A stretch of DNA of 64,000 bases from Octopus vulgaris. Its lineage: Eukaryota. The stretch is taken from the NCBI GenBank assembly GCA_951406725.2, contig OX597831.1:50840001-50904000 (forward strand), in the 5' to 3' direction. Below are positions 53,528 to 64,000 of the stretch, in pieces. Each line of letters starts with the position of its first letter. The stretch's first letter is position 1. The position numbers and the translations under genes were made by a program. Below the pieces are notes generated by a model. The model saw only the letters and a program-made list of their open reading frames with translations, searched no databases and was not told the DNA's origin.

Positions 53528-54888
53528 TCAAGGTAGGACGTGGCTATAGCTGTTTTCTTTCACCGCCCAGTAAAAAATACACGCCATTGTAAGAACCACA
53601 AAAACAATCGAGTTGCTTTTGTATTGATATCACTGAAAGAAATGTTTACTTCATATATCACAAATGGTGCAGTGCAGAAGTATCTCTTTGGAAATGTGAA
53701 AAAAGATAGGCCATCTTTGAATATGTAGATTTATTTATTCATTGGCATATTGTTATGGCGCACGTTCGGATGACCTCTACTCAACTCTGCTCTCTTCGCT
53801 ACTCTGTTCTAGTCTCTACTCTATTCTTTATTAGCTACAAGGGCCCAACATAGAGGGGGGGGGCAAACAAGAACAGTCAGGCACCACAGAGGGGACAATA
53901 CATAAAACGAATATTAATGAGATGATTATATAACAATGAGGTTATGAATGGCTGCATGCGCCCCTCATCATCTAGTCTCTACTCTACTGACGTCTAGGCT
54001 TCTCCCTCTATGTCTACGTATTGGGCTAGCCTACTTCATTGTCTGGGGGCGTCCACACAACAGATATGATTAGCGGAATAATTGAAGTTATCATCCTGTT
54101 TGAGTGAAATTTTATTGGGATAAATACGACTTGTTTACCCTTGAAAATAGAATAGCCTTGTGGTACATTTTGAAAGTGAAGTTTTCGTAGTGTGAAGGTA
54201 AAAGCCACTGTGAGAAGGAAAACTATATTTGTCGAAAGAAATAATTTATGTAAGGTAGTGTTATTGAGCTCAGCTCATATTTAGTTTTTAAATTTGATAA
54301 GTATTTCAAAATACAATGGTTCGGGTCATTGAATAACGCCACTTCAAAAAAGAAATACAGCTATATTCAGTTTCAAAGTTGCAATCCATACATAATATCA
54401 TAATCCCATAACTAGCAATAAGGAAGTCTTTAGGCAATCTATCGAGATCTAGTAGAAGTAGCAATCAAAATTACCTGCAACCAAATTCTACCATGTTATA
54501 GAAAGCAATTCGCTATACAGCTTTTTAAGCATCATATAAAAAGAACTAGGAAAGATCACTTGTAGATTAACGGAGAAATGGTTCTTAATATGTGTAGGTA
54601 TTAGTGATAAATTGCTTTGAAAAAAGAAAAGACAAATTAATATACTATAAACTGTTCTGCCTTATATATCAGAGAACGTGAAGCTTTTGTAACCCACTCG
54701 TACATTTGAGTTTACAAACGGGCAGTTTTTCAGAACTCTACACTTTGAGCAGATGGATGCAGAGTATTTGGGAGCAGAAGTTGGGCAAGGCTCATCTGGT
54801 GCTCTATAAAAAGTCAGGTCGCGATTTCTCACCAACATGTGAGTAGCTTACACTTGCTTTCATTTATATCCCTTTTTTATTTACATAT

Positions 54889-55279
54889 ACTCTTTTTATA
54901 ATCTTTTACTTGTTTCAGTCATTTGACTGTGGCCATGCTGGAGCACCGCCTTTAGTCCAGAAAATCGACCCCAGGGCTAATTTTTGGTAAACCTAGTACT
55001 TATTCTAACGATCTCTTTTGCCGAACCGCTACTTTACGTTGTCAAGTGATGTTGGGGGGACAAACACAGACATACAAACATATACACACACATACATATA
55101 TATGTATACATATATACGACGGGCTTTTTTCAGTTTCCGTCTACCAAATCCACTCACAGGGCTTTGGTCGGCCTGAGGCTACAGTAGAAGACACTTGCCC
55201 AAGGTGCCACGCAATTGGACTGAGCCCGGAACCATGTGGTTCGTAAGCAAGCTACTTACCACACAGCCACTCCTACGCC
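54889..55279 (-). mobile_element. SINE family A
   Basis: Reverse complement of the 59686 copy with a small internal deletion. Confidence 0.88.
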
Positions 55280-55408
55280 TATAAATATGTATATATTTAT
55301 TTAATTATGTATGTGTGCGTGTGTGTGTGCGTGCGTATGTGTGTATTTTATATATGTATACATGTATGTGTATATATATATGTTCTCTATTTTAATTATA
55401 TATACATG

Positions 55409-55464
<56 letters not shown>

Positions 55465-55479
55465 TTAACTGTATATATT

Positions 55480-55667
55480 GGTTTCAAATTTTGGCACAAA
55501 GCCAACAAGTTCGGGAGACGGATTAAGTCGATTACATCAATCCCAGTGCTCAAGTGGCACTTATAATATCGACCTTGGTAGAATTTGAACTCAGAACGTA
55601 AAGACGGGCGAAATGCCGCTAAGCATTTTGTCAGATGCGGTAACGAGTCTGCAAGCTAACCGCCTTA
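55480..55667 (-). mobile_element. SINE family B, diverged
   Basis: TAAGTCGATTACATC...GAATTTGAACTCAGAACGTAA...CCGCCTT. Confidence 0.7.
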
Positions 55668-57052
55668 GTTATCTGTCTGTATTAACCATTTTAATGTGTA
55701 GCAATATATTGTATAACGTCGCCACGCCACCCTTAGCATTTATATAACTATATCTGTGTATCCCTTCATGTCTCTTTATCCCTATTGAAACAATATACAC
55801 TAATGGAGAACGTAAAATAAAATAATTTGGCCGAATGGTTAGAAAGCAGTGCATGTACATCTTGTAGTATTTATTCGGCTTTCTGAGTTCAAATGACACT
55901 GATGTCATGCCCAGCTTTTATCATTTTGGGGTCGATAAAAATAAATTGCCTCTCATTTACCTAGATCGATATAATCGTCTGTTTACGTCCTCTAAACTTT
56001 TATTAATATTTACTTCTTGTAATTTAATCGGACATTTGTGTAGAAAAGTGTGTAGATGACAGGGAGACAGAGAGAGAGATGTGAAGTGTATATGCATGTA
56101 ATAGAGTGCGAGGTACTAACCTATAGTAGAAACAGAAAGGATGGGGTTCATGATACAGAGAAACCGAGTGAAGTGTATATATGAGAGAGAGAGAAGATTG
56201 AATTGTTGAGTGTACGTATGTGATTGAGAGCCAAAGAGTAGAGAATAATACAAAAAGAAAATGTTTGACTCTGTGATCGATGGAGAAATACTGAATTAGC
56301 TGGAGAGAGAGAGAGGGGGGTAGTGTGTGTGTGTGTGTGTGTGTGTATGGGGTATATTTAAGAGAGAGAAAAGGAATAGAGGTAAAGAGAGTTTAAGAAG
56401 AGACACCTCAATGTTAAGGTGGAAGAAGATAGTTGAACATAAGATTGGAAGAAGACAGTGAGAAAGTATGGCGGAAGAGAGGAAAAGCGTGATTGACGAA
56501 GAGAAAGACAGATTGTAGTTGAGAGCAGAATAAAGAGTGAGTGAGTGACTGACTGACTGACTGGGTGAGTGAGTGACTGAGTGAAAAGAAGACAGAGAGA
56601 GATTACAATTGAGAGAAGAGGAGAAATTGTGAAAAAAAACAAAACGTGATAAAACAATATATCTTGGTTATGACATGAATATGAAATATCATTTAACTTA
56701 TTCATTCTTTTCAGAAACTTAAGCTAAGATTGTCGCTTATTTGACGTAATATGATTTTACATACAGATAAACACACACACAGACAACATACACACATACA
56801 CACACATATATTATGTATACATAGATAAATGTGCATAAACATAATCATGCATACATACACACGCATATATATATATGTGTGTGTATGTGTATGTGTGTGT
56901 GTGTAATTATATATATATATATGTACATATATGTATATATATATATGGCTATCTACCTGTCTATCAATATATTTATATATATTCATATATAAACGCATGC
57001 ATATATATAATATGTATATTTATTCATAAACGTAGTGCATATATATGTGTGT

Positions 57053-57103
<51 letters not shown>

Positions 57104-57420
57104 TGTATATGTGTGTGTGTACATATATCTATATAAGATATATCTATCTGCGAATATCTATATGCACTTATATCTTTGTATGTGTACATATACCTATGCA
57201 TGTATACATATATATTGATATATACGTATAAATGTGTGTGCGTGTATGTATTTCCATCAATACATACATATATGACATGATATATTGCAAATAATTTTTA
57301 TATATACAGACCAATATAGGCATATAGATAAGTGTTTAGGTATATTATATTCACATCATCGTGTTCACACACACACACACATCCAAAATATTGTATATTG
57401 TGCGTGAACATATTTATGTG

Positions 57421-57467
<47 letters not shown>

Positions 57468-57538
57468 TACCAATGTGCAAGTATGCATACTTATATATGT
57501 TTATGTTTTATATACATATATAGTGTGCATATTCATAG

Positions 57539-57616
<78 letters not shown>

Positions 57617-57631
57617 GTATATATATATATG

Positions 57632-57682
<51 letters not shown>

Positions 57683-58869
57683 CACTATTATTGTAGTTCG
57701 ATGTACATTGGTAGTAAATTTAGGCGATGTTCTGAACAATCAATTAAATCTGCAATGGAATTTATTGTCTTTCGCTATAATAAAACAGTTGCTGTGTGAT
57801 CTAACGAAGTTTCCTTAGAAAAATTTGATTTAAGCACTGCTTTAAAGAATACTTCTTTATTTTGGAAAACAGCAAATAATTTGCGACGTGACTTGCTTCG
57901 CTATTCGAAGTCATTTCATCTAACTTAAAACACTTTCGCACTTTCGGCAAAAAGCGAAACTGAAGCATTATCCATTCTAAAATAAAGTAATGATTGCATT
58001 TTTTTTTTTTTGTTTTGTTTTTAAGACAAAGAAATTTAGATATTCTTTCGGAACCCTTTATTTTGAAATTCCGTTACACTATTGACATACATCTTTTACT
58101 TTCTTTCCTCCCTTTCTCTCTCTCTCTCTCTTTCTCTTTCTCCCAACCTCTCTCTCTCTCTCTTCTCCCTCTCTCTCTTTCTCCCCCTCTTTTTCCCTCT
58201 CTCTTTCTCTCTCTCTTTCGTTCTCTCTCTTTTTTGTCTCTTTCTTTCTCTCTTTCTTTCTCTCTCTCTTTCTCTCTCTCTCTTTTTCTCTCTCTATTTC
58301 TCTCTCTCTCTATTCTCTCTCCCTCTCTTTCTCGCTCTCTCTCTCTCCCTCTCTCTCTCTCTCCCTCTCTCGCTCTGTCTTGTCGTTTTTGATACTGTCA
58401 TCTATTTCCCTAGCATAATTTACCTTGTGAGAGATGTTGGGCTCTTAACAATAGCCAAACCACTTTTACATTCTAGAAAATAGTAATGTTAGGATCTGCC
58501 TTGGGTATGATATGAAACTACTTCCGGTGATAAGGCTCAAGCCCGGGAGTTCAGGAGTTATGGGGTGCGTGGAGTCACCCCTTAATTACCATTACTCCCA
58601 GGTCCTTTCTGACCGGGAACGGTAGTACCTATCTCATGTTTGCATTAAATAAATTCTTTGAAGGGTAGGTTGAGGTCCTTAGGTGCATTGAAAACAATCA
58701 ATGTAGGGGAGTAAAACCCAAAATTAATACCCTTAATAATAATAGTAGTAATGATGATGATGATAGTGGTGGTAACTTCTTTTATTTGCCACCAGGGCGA
58801 AGGATGAGGCAGTCATAAAGTGTGGTTGGATAAAAATGATAAAGGAAGTATACACAGTATACGATAAAA

Positions 58870-60850
58870 CAAAGAGAAATATGCATATTATATAACAGTA
58901 AAAGGAGAGAAAGAGGGGTTGAGGTGATAGTGATGAGGTCATTCGGACACAGGAGCACTTCTAGGGACAATGGAGGAACCCCACCATCCAAGATATCCCT
59001 GAGCACCATGAGCAAGTACCCTCTCCAATTCCTTTTTTTTTTTTCAGCCTCACAGGTCTATACTTAGAGCGATACCATCTAGTCTTGCCATTTTCCCAAC
59101 ATTCACCCTCTTTTAAATAAATTCAATCGAGGATAGTGCCTCCCTCTTCACCCTAACTTTCCTTTTCAAGTGAAACTTGAAAAAGTCAATGAGACCCCTA
59201 ACAAAGAGGAATATCTCTGTTCTCATTTCCTTCAATCTCGTCCACCTGACAACTTTTTTCGCCACTGCCACCAATCAAAGGGAAACTGTTTTACCTACCC
59301 GATTAAATGGGAGTGGTGGAGCAATCATCATTACGGGTTCAGCGCTACTTTCCGTGCAATTCACATCTATGACCACTAGCCTACAGTCCGGGTCCAAGAA
59401 GATTGCCCGTAACTTGAGACCTAAGGATTTTCAGAAAAGGACTGCTACACCGTCTCCCGCTTCCAACAGATGAGAATATCTCGTAGTCTTCGAAAACGGA
59501 TGCATTAGTATGCTTTCCTGAAATTATCGTATCACTAATGGCGACCACCTCTAAATCAAGCCACCTGAGATCGTTGGGCAAGTGACTCTGCTTCCAAACC
59601 GAGTCTAGGTCCTGAACATTTACACAGCCTACTCTAAGTGTAGCCATTTAGATTACAGAAAAGAAAATGGAATTTTTTTTAAGTAGGCGCAGGAGTGGCT
59701 GTGTGGTAAGTAGCTTGCTAACCAACCACATGGTTCCGGGTTCAGTCCCACTGCGTGACATCTTGGGCAAGTGTCTTCTGCTATAGCCCCGGGCCGACCA
59801 ATGCCTTGTGAGTGGATTTGGTAGACGGAAACTGAAAGAAGCCTGTCGTATATATGTATATATATATATGTATATATATATGTGTGTGTGTGTTTGTCCC
59901 CCTAGTATTGCTTGACAACCGATGCTGGTGTGTTTACGTCCCTGTCACTTAGCGGTTCGGCAAAAGAGACCGATGGAATAAGTACTGGGCTTACAAAGAA
60001 TAAGTCCCGGGGTTGATTTGCTCGACTAAAGGCGGTGCTCCAGCATGGCCGCAGTCAAATGACTGAAACAAGTAAAAGAGTAAAAGAGTAAGAGTATGTC
60101 TTTATGTATAACTGTTAAAATAACCTTTGTTTTGATTGAGTGGGAAGTGAGGAAAAGTTTTTTTCTACTAAGTTGTTGATGGGGGCTTACTAAACCCTCC
60201 AATGTCCTGAGGAAATTTATGTTTTAAATCTAGATACTTATTCATATCGGTTTGAATAATCATTCTGTCCGATGGTGTTTTCGAGAGTTCAGCAAAATCG
60301 TTCCCTCTTGTCAAGGTGTTTTTTTGTTAATTACTTCCTCGATCAACTTTTGGTTCTTCTTAACAACACTGAAGCAGATGAAAGAAGTAAGTACCCGATT
60401 GTGTGAGTGTTGGTCGTTTTGTTTTTCGGGTGTTTCTTTTTGTTTTCGTGATTTTTTTTATTTGTTTGTAGTTGTGAAAGTATTTGTAAAATTGGGTTTT
60501 CTTGTTGTGATGAACGTGTTGACGTTTGCGTTGGTGCTGTATTTTGTGACAGATTTTCTGTTTTACTGTCGTGTCTTGTGGCCTTCAATTTGGACCGTTT
60601 TCTATACATTTCAGTTTCAGTCTTCCTCTTATTCCTGACAAAGGCTTTTTGGTGCGATTTCAACGAAGTCTTTGCTTTTGTGAGGCCTGACTCAAAGGAA
60701 AGAGGCAGATTCCCACACACAGAACATTTTGGTTTTTTTCCTTTCCATAAACACTGCTATTTGCTCGATTTCTTCGAAACAGAGAAAATCGGGACTGCGA
60801 TTTATTTTTTCTGGAGAAACCAGTATCTTGAATTCCATTAGAATTCCGGC
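58870..60850 (-). mobile_element. Heavily deleted L1/Tx1-like LINE (ORF1 remnant ~60100-60850; ORF2 remnant from 59647) interrupted by a SINE
   Basis: The ORF2 start MATLRVGCVNV.DL.......L...L..LD..V.AISDT is an APE N-terminus. Upstream, ERKKPKCSVCG resembles a gag zinc knuckle. Boundaries are approximate. Confidence 0.6.
59686..60094 (+). mobile_element. SINE family A, full-length reference copy
   Basis: GGCGCAGGAGTGGCTGTGTGGTAAG head, GGTTCAGTCCC B-box-like motif, CORE-like CTTGGGCAAGTGTCTT, internal (TA)/(TG) tract and (TAAAAGAG)n tail. Confidence 0.92.
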
Positions 60851-60855
60851 CATGT

Positions 60856-61563
60856 TGAGGAAGAGGAGGAGAAAGAGGAGGATGAAGAGGAGGAGGAGGA
60901 AGATGATGATGATGATGAGGGGGGAGGAGGAGGAGGGAGATGATGAGGAGGTAGATGATGAGGAGGAAGATGATGAGGAGGAAGACGAAGTGGAGGAAGA
61001 GGAGGGGGAGGAGGAAGAGGAAGATGAAGTGGAGGAAGACGAACAGGAAGATGAAGCGGAAGGGGAATGGAGGAAGAGGAGGAGGGAGGAGGGGAGGGGA
61101 GGAGGGAAGGGGAGGAGGGGAGGGGAGGAGGGAATGGAAGGGGAGGAGGGAAGGGGAGGAGGAAGGGGAGGAGGAGGAAAAAGAAGAAGAAGAAGAAGAA
61201 GAAGAAGAAGAGGAGAAGGAAGACGAAGTGGAGGAAGACGAAGAGGAAGACGGGGAGGAAGACGAAGAGGAGGACGAGGAGGAAGAAGAAGAGGAGGAAG
61301 GGAGGAAGACGAAGAGGAGGAAGGGGAGGAGGAGAAAGAGGAGGAAGGGGAGGAGGAAGATGAGGAGGAAGAAGACGAAGAGGAAGAGCGGGAGGAAGAC
61401 GGAGATGAAGAGGGGATGAAGACGAAGAGGAGGAAGGGGGGAGGAAGGGGAGGAGGAGAGGAGGAGGAGGAGGAGGAGGAAGAAAAGGAAGAAGAAGAGG
61501 AGGAGGGGGAGGAGAAAGAAGAGGGGCAGGAGGACAAAAAAAGGAGGAATAGAAAGGAAGGAA
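60856..61563. repeat. ~700-bp purine-rich (GAG/GAA/GGA) low-complexity tract
   Basis: Almost pure G/A on the + strand; degenerate trinucleotide repeats. Confidence 0.95.
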
Positions 61564-62505
61564 ATAATTTCATTTAGTATTTCAAAGTAACATTTAATAA
61601 TTAGTTTAATTATACTTGGCTGACATTCCAGAACAATATGAAACTAATTGGATGTCCCAGGCTCACGTTGTCCGCAACAGATCTGCAAATAGTTCATTAA
61701 TTACTTTGCATTCTATTGTATCTCCTTCAGCAAACTAGCTTTGTCAGCAGGATATTTGACAGAAATTTATGGTAAAAGTAGGATTGCAGTAATATCGGTA
61801 TTTAATCAGTCTTTCACAGAATTCAATAATGTAAATAAGCAGTTTCCGTGTGTATCACTTTATAATAAAAGCCATCTAACGCAATAATGAATCCTACACA
61901 CAAAGAAAGGCACAGATTTTGACCGATTAAATCGATTACACTTGTGTTACAAGTGTTGATTTTATAATCGCTCATCCTTCTCAGACAATACATTTGGTGG
62001 TTTCTCTAAACCCTTGTTTAAATTATATCAGACACTGAGACAATGTCCATCTGATCATACCCTGTCATAATTTGATATATCATAAATTAATATGTTGAAG
62101 ATTCACCCCATTCATACACATGTTTATAATGATTGCATACAAAAATTATTGTAATGTTAGACATAAGCAGCAATAGGGCAGAGATTGCCTTGCAACTCAT
62201 AGCTAATAAGGGAGACTCTACGAAGTCGCTAGGATTATCAGAAATATTAGCCAATTTTCCATCAAATTTCATTCTACAGTCTTGAAAAAATGGAGGGGAG
62301 ACTCGTTAGTTAATGTGTTGCTAGATATACAAAAATCTCTAAAAGACGACAGAACGGCCATAGTTTGAAGATCTTTGATCAGCTGAGGTCTAATTGGAAG
62401 TAAAATGTTAACACGACAAGCACTTTATCAACTCCGGGAGAATGTTTAAAAAACGCCGACTAGAATGGTGCTTGGATGCAGAAATGTTAAAGACATGCGC
62501 TGATA

Positions 62506-63074
62506 CTGGGTTGTCCGGAAAGTTCGTGCCGATTTTTAACGGAAAGAAAAAGGTCAATAAATACTTGCCATTACAGTTTTTAATCAACCAAATATGAAAC
62601 CATTTTGTTGCACAATGCGTCTCCATCTTTCCTTTAACTTGAAAATACCCTCTTCCCAGAATTGAGGTGGTTTCATGGCAAATAATTCATCAAGGTATCT
62701 TTTTACGTCATCCAAGGAATTGAAATTTTTACCATTAAGACTATTCTGCAGAGACCTGAATAAGTGAAAATCTGAAGGCGCAATATCTGGTGAATATGGA
62801 GGGTGGGGGTAACACATCCCAGCCGAGCTGCAGCAACTTTTGTCTGGTTCCCAAAGTATCAACTGCCGAAAATGAACTTTCTTATCATCCATTATAAAGG
62901 GTTACAGAATTAACACAGGTTATAGGAACATAAATCTTCTTCCACGAAAAGATAGCTTAAACTGTGCTTTAAATGGCGGTGTAGTCAAATCCTATTTTAT
63001 GGACTCAACCATGTTCTAAAATAAGTCGAAAGGTAAGCTACTATAAATCGGCACGAACTTTCCGGACAACCCAA
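62506..63074 (-). mobile_element. Internally deleted mariner (DD34D) element
   Basis: 30-bp TIRs (C/T)TGGGTTGTCCGGAAAGTTCGTGCCGATTT with TA flanks. The N-terminus MDDKKVHFR is fused to HPPYSPDIAPSDFHLF...GI.KL.ERW. Confidence 0.92.
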
Positions 63075-64000
63075 TATAACGTACATTCCCGGATGCGCTA
63101 CTAGTTCTGCTACCGTAGGCCTGGTATTAGGTGTTAATAATATAGAAATATTAGGTTGCCGACAATTCTGCTTGCTAATTTATCCTTCTAACATAAAAAA
63201 AATATAACATAAAACATCTATAATACCCTATTACTGCAGGGTTTAACGGGGTTTATTTAAAATCCTACATTTGAAATATTTGTTTATAATTCTTTATTTC
63301 TGTAATTGATAAGAAAGTTACATTCGTCAATTCAAGGAAATATTCTGTTTTACAGTGGTTAAAGAAACTATTTTCATTTGTTGAAGCTGAAAACTGTAAA
63401 AAAAAGTGAATCGCTTTTAATTAGTCTTTGAGCTCCTTCACAATGTTGTACATAATCGGCACGCCTGTGCAACCGTGATTCATCTTGTTCAATCAAATAT
63501 TTTTTCTTAATGCTATTAGCAAATACGTGATGTAACATTAAAGTCAATATAATGTCTTTTTCTTTGATTTTAGTACTCAAGCGTGTAGTTTTTGATTCAC
63601 AGAAAATACTTGCGAAATTTCATGAGCATTTTGTTGAATGATTTAAGAGGAATGATGAATCGGAACAGTTTCCTACACCTCCAGAAAAGGTTGAAGTGGT
63701 GTGAAAAGCATATAACAATAACTGATACACGGGGAGTACTGAATGGCTTAGCTAAGGGAAAATTTCCGCGCTTTCAAAGGCCTGTATTCGGAAATACCAG
63801 AATTATTCGACTAAGATTTAACTGGTGTATACCGCGGTAGTGCACAGGAGGAGATTTCCCTGAAGTGTAAACAAGGTTTAATCAACCTCAAGCAGACAAC
63901 GGAAACATGGCCGATCATTTTAGACCATAAATTTGCTTAATGTAGTGATAGAGATTTGAATATGTTATCGCCAAGAGATCGATGTTTGTTCTTTGAAGCG

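Noticed and set aside
60692-61577. 282-293 aa acidic/Arg- or Ser/Pro-rich ORFs
   Set aside because: They are open in several frames on both strands only because the GA-rich tract lacks stops; there are no domains or splice evidence.
63374-63930. Unique, higher-GC stretch with short ORFs
   Set aside because: No recognisable motifs or consistent splice signals. It may be regulatory or UTR sequence, but this cannot be supported from sequence alone.

Overview
AT-rich, repeat-saturated eukaryotic genomic DNA, most likely intronic or intergenic. It is probably from an octopus or other cephalopod; this is inferred from the tRNA-Arg/CORE-type SINE families and the extreme microsatellite density, and is not verified. 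No host gene is securely identified. Most ORFs in the supplied track are microsatellite translations. The single intact protein-coding unit is a 337-aa DD37E Tc1-like transposase inside a complete 1.6-kb element with TIRs and a TA target site (2103-3704). Other DNA transposons are decayed DD36E, DD37D and DD34D Tc1/mariner elements, a Chapaev3-type remnant and non-autonomous Helitrons. Retroelement remnants are RTE, CR1-like, R4/Dong-like, HERO-like, L1/Tx1-like and Gypsy. At least four tRNA-derived SINE families and a 557-bp element found only inside (TTA)n tracts are also present. The most interesting hidden layer is a set of minimal type-I hammerhead ribozyme motifs with palindromic helix III, several with unusually long helix II. 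One is fully canonical and sits in a ~400-nt, 1.4-copy tandem unit (38613-39188) whose 5' end falls at the predicted self-cleavage site, i.e. a retrozyme/Penelope-type non-autonomous element inserted in (TA)n. A ~2.3-kb inversion that splits both a Gypsy pol gene and a SINE can also be read from the sequence.
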